Below are positions 28,493 through 42,718 of a stretch of DNA of 64,000 nt, in pieces. The stretch is from positions 37,728,001 through 37,792,000 of the forward strand of contig CP086569.2 in the NCBI GenBank assembly GCA_009914755.4, read 5' to 3'. The position numbers and the translations under genes were made by a program. The DNA is from the human T2T-CHM13v2.0 reference genome, Homo sapiens. Position 1 is the stretch's first letter, and each line of letters begins with the position of its first letter. The notes beneath the pieces are model-generated. The model worked only from the letters and a program-made list of their open reading frames with translations. It was not told where the DNA came from and searched no databases.

Positions 28493-31400
28493 GAAGGTTC
28501 TCGAAAATAATGGAATCGAATGGAATGGAATTGAATGGAACGGAATAGAGTCGAATGGAATTGAATGGAATGGAATGGACTAGAGTGAAATGGAATCGAA
28601 CCACAAGGAATGGACAGGAATAGAATGGTCTCGAATTGAATGGAATCGTATGGAATGGCATCAAACGGAATGGAATGGACAGCCACGGAATGGAATGCAC
28701 TCGAATGCAATGGAGTCGAAACTAATGGACTGGAATAGAATGGACTCGACTGGTACGGACTCCAATGGAATGGAATCGAATGGAAGGGAATCGAACGGAA
28801 TGGACTCGAAGGGAAAAGACTGCAATGGAAAGGTCTCGAATGGAATGGAAATTAATGGAATGGAATGGAATCGAATGAAATGGAGTCAAAAGGAATGGAA
28901 TCGAATGGCAAGAAATCGAATGTAATGGAATCGCAAGGAATTGATGTGAACGGAACGGAATGGAATGGAATCCAAAGGAATGGAATAGAATGGAATGGAA
29001 TCGAATGGAAAGGACTCGAATGGAAATCACTCGAATAGAATGCAATTTAATAAAATAGGATCAAATGTAATGGAATGGAATGGAAAGGAATCGAAACGAA
29101 AGGAATGGAGACAGATGGAATGGAATGGAACAGAGAGCAATGGTATAGAATGGAATGGAATCATCTGGAATGGAATTGAATGGAATGGAATAATATGAAA
29201 TGGAATGGAATGGAATGGAATGGAATGCCCTTGAATTAAATGGACTGGAATGGAATGGACTCGAACAGAGTGGAATGGAAAGTGTTGAGATAGAATGGAA
29301 TGGACTCCTTTGGAATGGTCTAGTATGCAATGCAATCGACTGTCAGGGAATCAAAAGGAATGAAATCGAATGGATTGGACTGGAATGCAATGGACTCGAA
29401 TAGATTGGAAACGGAATGCAAAGGAATGGAATGGAATAGTATGGAATGGAATGGAAAGGAATGGAGTGGAATAGACTAGAGTGGAATGGAATGGACTGGA
29501 AAGCAATGGACTGGAATGGAACTTTCTTGGATGGACTGGAATCAAACGGAATGGAATGCAATGCAATCAAATGGCATGGAATAAAATAGAATGAAAGAGA
29601 ATCAAATGGAATTGAATCGAATGGAATCGAATGGATTGTAAAGGAATAGAATGGAATGGAATGGAATTGACTCAAATGGAATGGACTAGAATGGAATGGA
29701 TTCGAATGGAAGGCAAAGGAATGGAATCTATTGGAATGGACTGTAATGGAATGGAATGGAAGGGATTGGAATGGACTCGAATGGAATGGACTGCAATAGA
29801 AAGGATTCGAATGGAATGAAAAAGAATTGAATGGAATAGAACAGAATGGAATCAAATCGAATGAAATGGAATGGAATAGAAAGGAATGGAATGAAATGGA
29901 ATGGAAAGGATTCGAGTGGAATGCAATCGAATGGAATGGAATCGAACGGAATGGAATAAAATGGAAGAAAACTGGCAAGAAATGGAATCGAAATGAATGG
30001 AGTGTTATGGAACGGACTCAAAAGGAATTGAATGTAATAGAATGGAGTGGAGTGGACTCGAATATAATGGACTGGAATGGAATGAAATCACATGGAATGG
30101 GAACGAATGGAATGGAATGGAAAGGAATGGAATCGAATGGAAAGGAATCGAATGGAAGGGAATGAAATTGAATCAACAGGAATGGAAGGGAATAGAATAG
30201 ACGGTAATGGAATGGACTCGAATAGAATGGACACGAATGCTCAAATTGAATGGATTCGAATGGAATGGAAACGAAAGGAATGTCATCGAATGGAATTGAA
30301 TCGATTGGAATGAAATCGCATAGAATGGAGTGGAATCAAATGGAATTGAATCGAAAGGAAAGGAAGCGAATGGACTGAAATGAAATGGAATGGAATTGAA
30401 TGGAAAGTAATGCAATGGAATAGAATGGAACGAAATTTCACGGAATGGAATCAAACTGAATGGAATCAAATCAATGGAATCTAATCAAATGGAATGGAAA
30501 GGAATTGAATGGAGTAGATTGGATTGGATGGGATTGGAATGAAATGTACTGGAAAGGACTCGAATTTCATGAAACGGAATGGAATGAATTGGAACGGAAT
30601 GGACTCGAATGGAATGGAATGTCATGGAATGGCATCGAATGGAATGGCATCAAATGGAATGGAATCGAATGCAATGGAATGTTATGGAATGGAATGGAAT
30701 GCATTGGAATGGAATGTCCTCTAATGGAATGGATTCGAGTGGAATGGAATCGAATATAATGGAGTCGAATGAAATGGAATTGAAAGGAATGGGATCGAAT
30801 AGAATGGAATATACTGGAATGTAATGTAATGAACACGAATGTAATTGACTGGAATGGAATGTACATGAATGGAAGGTAATCGAATGGAAAGTAATCCAAT
30901 GGAATAGAATCTAATGCAATAAAACCGAATCAGATAGAGTAGAATGTAATGGAATGGAGTGCAGTGCAATGGAATGGAATGGAATTGAATGCAATGGAAT
31001 GGAATGGAATGGAATGGAATGGAATGGAATGGAATGGAATGGAATGGTATGGAATGGATAGTAATGGACTGGAGTGAAATGGACTGGAAAGGAATGGACT
31101 CAAATTGAAAGGGCTCGAAAGGAATGGAGTCAAATGGAATGGTCTGGAATGGAATGAACACGAATGAAATGCAATCCAATAGAATGGAATCGAATGGCAT
31201 GGAATATAAAGAAATGGAATCGAAGAGAATGGAAACAAATGGAATGGAATTGAATGGAATGGAATTGAATGGAATGGGAACGAATGGAGTGAAATTGTAT
31301 GCAGTAGAAGGGAATAGAATGGAATGCAAGCGAAAGGAAAGGAATGGATTGGAATGGAATGGAATTCATTGGAATGGAAGGGAATGTAGTGTAATGGACA

Positions 31401-32061
31401 GGCCTGGAATAAAGTGGAATGCTACGGTCTCGAATGGAATAAAAATGTATGGAATGGAATGCAATGAAACGGAATCGAATGTCATAGAATGTAATGGAAT
31501 GCAACAAAATGGAATCCAAAATCATTGACTGGAAAGGCTGGGTGTCGAAAGGAATTGACTCCAATGGAATGGAATAGAATGGAATGGAAGTGAATAGAAT
31601 CGAACTAAATCGAATGGAATGGAATTGATAGGAACGGAATGGAAAGGAATGCAATGATTTGGCATGGAATGGAATCGAATGGCATCGAATGGAATGGAAT
31701 GGAATGGAATGCAATGGAATGGAATGTATTAGAATGTAATGAACTTTAATGGAATGTACTCGAATGGATTCGACTGGAATGGAATGTTCTGGAAGTGAAT
31801 GGACTCCAATGGAATGGATTCAAAAGGAATGGAATTGTACGGAATGGAATCTAATGGAATGGAATTAAATGGAAATGAATCAAATTGAATAGCACGGAAT
31901 TGAATTGAATGGAATGGAATGCAATGGAATCTAATGAAACGGAAAGGAAAGGAATGGAATGGAATGGAATGGGCTGGAATGGAAAGGAATCGAAACGAAT
32001 GGAATGGAATCGAACTGAAGAGACTGGAATGGAATGCACTGGAATGGAAGGGAGTGTAATG
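28493..32061 (+). repeat. HOR unit U9 (3569 bp), B-type
   Basis: Anchor at 28493 and 32062. Confidence 0.9.
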
Positions 32062-35000
32062 GAAGGTTCTCGAAAAAAATGGAATCGAATGGAATGGAAT
32101 TGAATGGAACGGAATAGAGTCGAATGGAATTGAATGGAATGGAATGGACTAGAGTGAAATGGAATCGAACCACAAGGAATGGACAGGAATAGAATGGTCT
32201 CGAATTGAATGGAATCGTATGGAATGGCATCAAACGGAATGGAATGGACAGCCACGGAATGGAATGCACTCGAATGCAATGGAGTCGAAACTAATGGACT
32301 GGAATAGAATGGACTCGACTGGTACGGACTCCAATGGAATGGAATCGAATGGAAGGGAATCGAACGGAATGGACTCGAAGGGAAAAGACTGCAATGGAAA
32401 GGTCTCGAATGGAATGGAAATTAATGGAATGGAATGGAATCGAATGAAATGGAGTCAAAAGGAATGGAATCGAATGGCAAGAAATCGAATGTAATGGAAT
32501 CGCAAGGAATTGATGTGAACGGAACGGAATGGAATGGAATCCAAAGGAATGGAATAGAATGGAATGGAATCGAATGGAAAGGACTCGAATGGAAATCACT
32601 CGAATAGAATGCAATTTAATAAAATAGGATCAAATGTAATGGAATGGAATGGAGAGGAATCGAAACGAAAGGAATGGAGACAGTTGGAATGGAATAGAAC
32701 AGCGAGCAATGGTATAGAATGGAATGGAATCATCTGGAATGGAATTGAATGGAATGGAATAATATGAAATGGAATGGAATGGAATGGAATGGAATGCCCT
32801 TGAATTAAATGGACTGGAATGGAATGGACTCGAACAGAGTGGAATGGAAAGTGTTGAGATAGAATGGAATGGACTCCTTTGGAATGGTGTAGTATGCAAT
32901 GCAATCGACTGGCAGAGAATCAAATGGAATGTAATCGAATGGATTGGACTGGAATGCAATGGACTCGAATAGATTGCAAACGGAATGCAAAGGAATGGAA
33001 TGGAATAGTATGGAATGGAATGGAAAGGAATGGAGTGGAATAGACTAGAGTGGAATGGAATGGACTGGAAAGCAATGGACTGGAATGGATCTTTCTTGAA
33101 TGGACTGGAATCAAACGGAATGGAATGCAATGCAATCAAATGGCATGGAATAAAATAGAATGAAAGAGAATCAAATGGAATTGAATCGAATGGAATCGAA
33201 TGGATTGGAAAGGAATAGAATGGAATGGAATGGAATTGACTCAAATGGAATGGACTAGAATGGAATGGATTCGAATGGAAGGCAAAGGAATGGAATCTAT
33301 TGGAATGGACTGTAATGGAATGGAATGGAAGGGATTGGAATGGACTCGAATGGAATGGACTGCAATAGAAAGGATTCGAATGGAATGAAAAAGAATTGAA
33401 TGGAATAGAACAGAATGGAATCAAATCGAATGAAATGGAATGGAATAGAAAGGAATGGAATGAAATGGAATGGAAAGGATTCGAATGGAATGCAATCGAA
33501 TGGAATGGAATCGAACGGAATGGAATAAAATGGAAGAAAACTGGCAAGAAATGGAATCGAAATGAATGGAGTGTTATGGAACGGACTCAAAAGGAATTGA
33601 ATGTAATAGAATGGAGTGGAGTGGACTCGAATATAATGGACTGGAATGGAATGAAATCACATGGAATGGGAACGAATGGAATGGAATGGAAAGGAATGGA
33701 ATCGAATGGAAAGGAATCGAATGGAAGGGAATGAAATTGAATCAACAGGAATGGAAGGGAATAGAATAGACGGTAATGGAATGGACTCGAATAGAATGGA
33801 CACGAATGCTCAAATTGAATGGACTCGAATGGAATGGAAACGAAAGGAATGTCATCGAATGGAATTGAATCGATTGGAATGAAATCGCATAGAATGGAGT
33901 GGAATCAAATGGAATTGAATCGAAAGGAAAGGAAGCGAATGGACTGAAATGAAATGGAATGGAATTGAATGGAAAGTAATGCAATGGAATAGAATGGAAC
34001 GAAATTTCACGGAATGGAATCAAACTGAATGGAATCAAATCAATGGAATCAAATCAAATGGAATGGAAAGGAATTGAATGGAGTAGATTGGATTGGTTGG
34101 GATTGGAATGAAATGTACTGGAAAGGACTCGAATTTCATGAAACGGAATGGAATGAATTGGAACGGAATGGACTCGAATGGAATGGAATGTCATGGAATG
34201 GCATCAAATGGAATGGCATCAAATGGAATGGAATCGAATGCAATGGAATGCTATGGAATGGAATGGAATGCATTGGAATGGAATGTCCTCTAATGGAATG
34301 GATTCGAGTGGAATGGAATCGAATATAATGGAGTCGAATGAAATGGAATTGAAAGGAATGGGATCGAATACAATGGAATATACTGGAATGTAATGTAATG
34401 AACTCGAATGTAATTGACTGGAATGGAATGTACGTGAATGGAATATAATCGAATGGAAAGTAATCCAATGGAATAGAATCTAATGCAATAAAATCGACTC
34501 AGATAGAGTAGAATGTAATGGAAAGGAGTGCAGTGCAATGGAATGGAATGGAATGGAATGCAATTGAATGGAATGGAATGGAATGGAATGGAATGTAATG
34601 GGATGGAATGGTATGGAATGGATAGTAATGGACTGGAGTGAAATGGACTGGAAAGGAATATACTCAAATTGAAAGGGCTCGAAAGGAATGGAGTCAAATG
34701 GAATGGTCTGGAATGGAATGAACACGAATGTAATGCAATCCAATAGAATGGAATCGAATGGCATGGAATATAAAGAAATGGAATCGGAGAGAATGGAAAC
34801 AAATGGAATGGAAATGAATGGAATGGAATTGAATGGAATGGGAACGAATGGAGTGAAATTGTATGCAGTAGAAGGGAATAGAATGGAATGCAAGCGAAAG
34901 GAAAGGAATGGATTGGAATGGAATGGAATTCATTGGAATGGAAGGGAATGTAGTGTAATGGACAGGCCTGGAATAAAGTGGAATGCTACGGTCTCGAATG

Positions 35001-35620
35001 GAATAAAAATGTATGGAATGGAATGCAATGAAATGGAATCGAATGTCATAGAATGTAATGGAATGCAACAAAATGGAATCCAATATCATTGACTGGAAAG
35101 GCTGGGTGTCGAAAGGAATTGACTCCAATGGAATGGAATCGAATGGAATGGAAGTGAATAGAATCGAACTAAATCGAATGGAATGGAATTGATAGGAACG
35201 GAATGGAAAGGAATGCAATGATTTGGCATGGAATGGAATCGAATGGCATCGAATGGAATGGAATGGAATGCAATGGAATGGAATGTATTAGAATGTAATG
35301 AACTTTAATGGAATGTACTCGAATGGATTCGACTGGAATGGAATGTTCTGGAAGTGAATGGACTCCAATGGAATGGATTCAAAAGGAATGGAATCGTACG
35401 GAATGGAATCTAATGGAATGGAATTAAATGGAAATGAATCAAATTGAATAGCACGGAATTGAATTGAATGGAATGGAATGCAATGGAATCTAATGAAACG
35501 GAAAGGAAAGGAATGGAATGGAATGGAATGGGCTGGAATGGAAAGGAATCGAAACGAATGGAATGGAATCGAACTGAAGAGACTGGAATGGAATGCACTG
35601 GAATGGAAGGGAGTGTAATG
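32062..35620 (+). repeat. HOR unit U10 (3559 bp), A-type variant; copy of U7
   Basis: Anchor at 32062 and 35621. Shares the U7 private variants (KKDPFQ, ITFHLI and ARCSIPFQLS in ORF 32630..33547). Confidence 0.9.
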
Positions 35621-38600
35621 GAAGGTTCTCGAAAAAAATGGAATCGAATGGAATGGAATTGAATGGAACGGAATAGAGTCGAATGGAATTGAATGGAATG
35701 GAATGGACTAGAGTGAAATGGAATCGAACCACAAGGAATGGAGATGAATAGAATGGTCTCGAATTGAATGGAATCGTATGGAATGGCATCAAACGGAATG
35801 GAATGGACAGCCACGGAATGGAATGCACTCGAATGCAATGGAGTCGAAACTAATGGACTGGAATAGAATGGACTCGACTGGTACGGACTCCAATGGAATG
35901 GAATCGAATGGAAGGGAATCGAACGGAATGGACTCGAAGGGAAAAGACTGCAATGGAAAGGTCTCGAATGGAATGGAAATTAATGGAATGGAATGGAATC
36001 GAATGAAATGGAGTCAAAAGGAATGGAATCGAATGGCAAGAAATCGAATGTAATGGAATCGCAAGGAATTGATGTGAACGGAACGGAATGGAATGGAATC
36101 CAAAGGAATGGAATAGAATGGAATGGAATCGAATGGAAAGGACTCGAATGGAAATCACTCGAATAGAATGCAATTTAATAAAATAGGATCAAATGTAATG
36201 GAATGGAATGGAAAGGAATCGAAACGAAAGGAATGGAGACAGATGGAATGGAATGGAACAGAGAGCAATGGTATAGAATGGAATGGAATCATCTGGAATG
36301 GAATTGAATGGAATGGAATAATATGAAATGGAATGGAATGGAATGGAATGGAATGGAATGCCCTTGAATTAAATGGACTGGAATGGAATGGACTCGAACA
36401 GAGTGGAATGGAAAGTGTTGAGATAGAATGGAATGGACTCCTTTGGAATGGTCTAGTATGCAATGCAATCGACTGTCAGGGAATCAAAAGGAATGTAATC
36501 GAATGGATTGGACTGGAATGCAATGGACTCGAATAGATTGGAAACGGAATGCAAAGGAATGGAATGGAATAGTATGGAATGGAATGGAAAGGAATGGAGT
36601 GGAATAGACTAGAGTGGAATGGAATGGACTGGAAAGCAATGGACTGGAATGGAACTTTCTTGAATGGACTGGAATCAAACGGAATGGAATGCAATGCAAT
36701 CAAATGGCATGGAATAAAATAGAATGAAAGAGAATCAAATGGAATTGAATCGAATGGAATCGAATGGATTGTAAAGGAATAGAATGGAATGGAATGGAAT
36801 TGACTCAAATGGAATGGACTAGAATGGAATGGATTCGAATGGAAGGCAAAGGAATGGAATCTATTGGAATGGACTGTAATGGAATGGAATGGAAGGGATT
36901 GGAATGGACTCGAATGGAATGGACTGCAATAGAAAGGATTCGAATGGAATGAAAAAGAATTGAATGGAATAGAACAGAATGGAATCAAATCGAATGAAAT
37001 GGAATGGAATAGAAAGGAATGGAATGAAATGGAATGGAAAGGATTCGAATGGAATGCAATCGAATGGAATGGAATCGAACGGAATGGAATAAAATGGAAG
37101 AAAACTGGCAAGAAATGGAATCGAAATGAATGGAGTGTTATGGAACGGACTCAAAAGGAATTGAATGTAATAGAATGGAGTGGAGTGGACTCGAATATAA
37201 TGGACTGGAATGGAATGAAATCACATGGAATGGGAACGAATGGAATGGAATGGAAAGGAATGGAATCGAATGGAAAGGAATCGAATGGAAGGGAATGAAA
37301 TTGAATCAACAGGAATGGAAGGGAATAGAATAGACGGTAATGGAATGGACTCGAATAGAATGGACACGAATGCTCAAATTGAATGGATTCGAATGGAATG
37401 GAAACGAAAGGAATGTCATCGAATGGAATTGAATCGATTGGAATGAAATCGCATAGAATGGAGTGGAATCAAATGGAATTGAATCGAAAGGAAAGGAAGC
37501 GAATGGACTGAAATGAAATGGAATGGAATTGAATGGAAAGTAATGCAATGGAATAGAATGGAACGAAATTTCACGGAATGGAATCAAACTGAATGGAATC
37601 AAATCAATGGAATCTAATCAAATGGAATGGAAAGGAATTGAATGGAGTAGATTGGATTGGATGGGATTGGAATGAAATGTACTGGAAAGGACTCGAATTT
37701 CATGAAACGGAATGGAATGAATTGGAACGGAATGGACTCGAATGGAATGGAATGTCATGGAATGGCATCGAATGGAATGGCATCAAATGGAATGGAATCG
37801 AATGCAATGGAATGTTATGGAATGGAATGGAATGCATTGGAATGGAATGTCCTCTAATGGAATGGATTCGAGTGGAATGGAATCGAATATAATGGAGTCG
37901 AATGAAATGGAATTGAAAGGAATGGGATCGAATAGAATGGAATATACTGGAATGTAATGTAATGAACACGAATGTAATTGACTGGAATGGAATGTACATG
38001 AATGGAAGGTAATCGAATGGAAAGTAATCCAATGGAATAGAATCTAATGCAATAAAACCGAATCAGATAGAGTAGAATGTAATGGAATGGAGTGCAGTGC
38101 AATGGAATGGAATGGAATTGAATGCAATGGAATGGAATGGAATGGAATGGAATGGAATGGAATGGAATGGAATGGTATGGAATGGATAGTAATGGACTGG
38201 AGTGAAATGGACTGGAAAGGAATGGACTCAAATTGAAAGGGCTCGAAAGGAATGGAGTCAAATGGAATGGTCTGGAATGGAATGAACACGAATGTAATGC
38301 AATCCAATAGAATGGAATCGAATGGCATGGAATATAAAGAAATGGAATCGAAGAGAATGGAAACAAATGGAATGGAATTGAATGGAATGGAATTGAATGG
38401 AATGGGAACGAATGGAGTGAAATTGTATGAAGTAGAAGGGAATAGAATGGAATGCAAGCGAAAGGAAAGGAATGGATTGGAATGGAATGGAATTCATTGG
38501 AATGGAAGGGAATGTAGTGTAATGGACAGGCCTGGAATAAAGTGGAATGCTACGGTCTCGAATGGAATAAAAATGTATGGAATGGAATGCAATGAAACGG

Positions 38601-39184
38601 AATCGAATGTCATAGAATGTAATGGAATGCAACACAATGGAATCCAAAATCATTGACTGGAAAGGCTGGGTGTCGAAAGGAATTGACTCCAATGGAATGG
38701 AATCGAATGGAATGGAAGTGAATAGAATCGAACTAAATCGAATGGAATGGAATTGATAGGAACGGAATGGAAAGGAATGCAATGATTTGGCATGGAATGG
38801 AATCGAATGGCATCGAATGGAATGGAATGGAATGCAATGGAATGGAATGTATTAGAATGTAATGAACTTTAATGGAATGTACTCGAATGGATTCGACTGG
38901 AATGGAATGTTCTGGAAGTGAATGGACTCCAATGGAATGGATTCAAAAGGAATGGAATCGTACGGAATGGAATCTAATGGAATGGAATTAAATGGAAATG
39001 AATCAAATTGAATAGCACGGAATTGAATTGAATGGAATGGAATGCAATGGAATCTAATGAAACGGAAAGGAAAGGAATGGAATGGAATGGAATGGGCTGG
39101 AATGGAAAGGAATCGAAACGAATGGAATGGAATCGAACTGAAGAGACTGGAATGGAATGCACTGGAATGGAAGGGAGTGTAATG
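35621..39184 (+). repeat. HOR unit U11 (3564 bp), B-type; copy of U8
   Basis: Anchor at 35621 and 39185. Carries the same private stop as U8: ggagatgaatag at about 35742 gives the 91-aa ORF 35778..36053. Confidence 0.9.
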
Positions 39185-42100
39185 GAAGGTTCTCGAAAAT
39201 AATGGAATCGAATGGAATGGAATTGAATGGAACGGAATAGAGTCGAATGGAATTGAATGGAATGGAATGGACTAGAGTGAAATGGAATCGAACCACAAGG
39301 AATGGACAGGAATAGAATGGTCTCGAATTGAATGGAACCGTATGGAATGGCATCAAACGGAATGGAATGGACAGCCACGGAATGGAATGCACTCGAATGC
39401 AATGGAGTCGAAACTAATGGACTGGAATAGAATGGACTCGACTGGTACGGACTCCAATGGAATGGAATCGAATGGAAGGGAATCGAACGGAATGGACTCG
39501 AAGGGAAAAGACTGCAATGGAAAGGTCTCGAATGGAATGGAAATTAATGGAATGGAATGGAATCGAATGAAATGGAGTCAAAAGGAATGGAATCGAATGG
39601 CAAGAAATCGAATGTAATGGAATCGCAAGGAATTGATGTGAACGGAACGGAATGGAATGGAATCCAAAGGAATGGAATAGAATGGAATGGAATCGAATGG
39701 AAAGGACTCGAATGGAAATCACTCGAATAGAATGCAATTTAATAAAATAGGATCAAATGTAATGGAATGGAATGGAAAGGAATCGAAACGAAAGGAATGG
39801 AGACAGATGGAATGGAATGGAACAGAGAGCAATGGTATAGAATGGAATGGAATCATCTGGAATGGAATTGAATGGAATGGAATAATATGAAATGGAATGG
39901 AATGGAATGGAATGGAATGCCCTTGAATTAAATGGACTGGAATGGAATGGACTCGAACAGAGTGGAATGGAAAGTGTTGAGATAGAATGGAATGGACTCC
40001 TTTGGAATGGTCTAGTATGCAATGCAATCGACTGTCAGGGAATCAAAAGGAATGAAATCGAATGGATTGGACTGGAATGCAATGGACTCGAATAGATTGG
40101 AAACGGAATGCAAAGGAATGGAATGGAATAGTATGGAATGGAATGGAAAGGAATGGAGTGGAATAGACTAGAGTGGAATGGAATGGACTGGAAAGCAATG
40201 GACTGGAATGGAACTTTCTTGGATGGACTGGAATCAAACGGAATGGAATGCAATGCAATCAAATGGCATGGAATAAAATAGAATGAAAGAGAATCAAATG
40301 GAATTGAATCGAATGGAATCGAATGGATTGTAAAGGAATAGAATGGAATGGAATGGAATTGACTCAAATGGAATGGACTAGAATGGAATGGATTCGAATG
40401 GAAGGCAAAGGAATGGAATCTATTGGAATGGACTGTAATGGAATGGAATGGAAGGGATTGGAATGGACTCGAATGGAATGGACTGCAATAGAAAGGATTC
40501 GAATGGAATGAAAAAGAATTGAATGGAATAGAACAGAATGGAATCAAATCGAATGAAATGGAATGGAATAGAAAGGAATGGAATGAAATGGAATGGAAAG
40601 GATTCGAGTGGAATGCAATCGAATGGAATGGAATCGAACGGAATGGAATAAAATGGAAGAAAACTGGCAAGAAATGGAATCGAAATGAATGGAGTGTTAT
40701 GGAACGGACTCAAAAGGAATTGAATGTAATAGAATGGAGTGGAGTGGACTCGAATATAATGGACTGGAATGGAATGAAATCACATGGAATGGGAACGAAT
40801 GGAATGGAATGGAAAGGAATGGAATCGAATGGAAAGGAATCGAATGGAAGGGAATGAAATTGAATCAACAGGAATGGAAGGGAATAGAATAGACGGTAAT
40901 GGAATGGACTCGAATAGAATGGACACGAATGCTCAAATTGAATGGATTCGAATGGAATGGAAACGAAAGGAATGTCATCGAATGGAATTGAATCGATTGG
41001 AATGAAATCGCATAGAATGGAGTGGAATCAAATGGAATTGAATCGAAAGGAAAGGAAGCGAATGGACTGAAATGAAATGGAATGGAATTGAATGGAAAGT
41101 AATGCAATGGAATAGAATGGAACGAAATTTCACGGAATGGAATCAAACTGAATGGAATCAAATCAATGGAATCTAATCAAATGGAATGGAAAGGAATTGA
41201 ATGGAGTAGATTGGATTGGATGGGATTGGAATGAAATGTACTGGAAAGGACTCGAATTTCATGAAACGGAATGGAATGAATTGGAACGGAATGGACTCGA
41301 ATGGAATGGAATGTCATGGAATGGCATCGAATGGAATGGCATCAAATGGAATGGAATCGAATGCAATGGAATGTTATGGAATGGAATGGAATGCATTGGA
41401 ATGGAATGTCCTCTAATGGAATGGATTCGAGTGGAATGGAATCGAATATAATGGAGTCGAATGAAATGGAATTGAAAGGAATGGGATCGAATAGAATGGA
41501 ATATACTGGAATGTAATGTAATGAACACGAATGTAATTGACTGGAATGGAATGTACATGAATGGAAGGTAATCGAATGGAAAGTGATCCAATGGAATAGA
41601 ATCTAATGCAATAAAACCGAATCAGATAGAGTAGAATGTAATGGAATGGAGTGCAGTGCAATGGAATGGAATGGAATTGAATGCAATGGAATGGAATGGA
41701 ATGGAATGGAATGGAATGGATAGTAATGGACTGGAGTGAAATGGACTGGAAAGGAATGGACTCAAATTGAAAGGGCTCGAAAGGAATGGAGTCAAATGGA
41801 ATGGTCTGGAATGGAATGAACACGAATGTAATGCAATCCAATAGAATGGAATCGAATGGCATGGAATATAAAGAAATGGAATCGAAGAGAATGGAAACAA
41901 ATGGAATGGAATTGAATGGAATGGAATTGAATGGAATGGGAACGAATGGAGTGAAATTGTATGAAGTAGAAGGGAATAGAATGGAATGCAAGCGAAAGGA
42001 AAGGAATGGATTGGAATGGAATGGAATTCATTGGAATGGAAGGGAATGTAGTGTAATGGACAGGCCTGGAATAAAGTGGAATGCTACGGTCTCGAATGGA

Positions 42101-42718
42101 ATAAAAATGTATGGAATGGAATGCAATGAAACGGAATCGAATGTCATAGAATGTAATGGAATGCAACACAATGGAATCCAAAATCATTGACTGGAAAGGC
42201 TGGGTGTCGAAAGGAATTGACTCCAATGGAATGGAATCGAATGGAATGGAAGTGAATAGAATCGAACTAAATCGAATGGAATGGAATTGATAGGAACGGA
42301 ATGGAAAGGAATGCAATGATTTGGCATGGAATGGAATCGAATGGCATCGAATGGAATGGAATGGAATGCAATGGAATGGAATGTATTAGAATGTAATGAA
42401 CTTTAATGGAATGTACTCGAATGGATTCGACTGGAATGGAATGTTCTGGAAGTGAATGGACTCCAATGGAATGGATTCAAAAGGAATGGAATCGTACGGA
42501 ATGGAATCTAATGGAATGGAATTAAATGGAAACGAATCAAATTGAATAGCACGGAATTGAATTGAATGGAATGGAATGCAATGGAATCTAATGAAACGGA
42601 AAGGAAAGGAATGGAATGGAATGGAATGGGCTGGAATGGAAAGGAATCGAAACGAATGGAATGGAATCGAACTGAAGAGACTGGAATGGAATGCACTGGA
42701 ATGGAAGGGAGTGTAATG
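39185..42718 (+). repeat. HOR unit U12 (3534 bp), B-type, with a contracted (GGAAT)n tract
   Basis: Anchor at 39185 and 42719. The pure pentamer run at about 41683 to 41722 is roughly 30 bp shorter than the homologous run in U11 (about 38124 to 38192). Confidence 0.9.

Larger units (their letters stand above)
17816..39184 (+). repeat. Two tandem copies of a 3-unit super-repeat of ~10.68 kb: [U6,U7,U8] then [U9,U10,U11]
   Basis: Private variants recur at lag 10682. The 91-aa truncated ORFs are at 25096 and 35778. KKDPFQ/ITFHLI is at 21948 and 32630. NLSIFLSS is at 23608 and 34290. FISIPCG is at 24728 and 35410. Confidence 0.8.
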
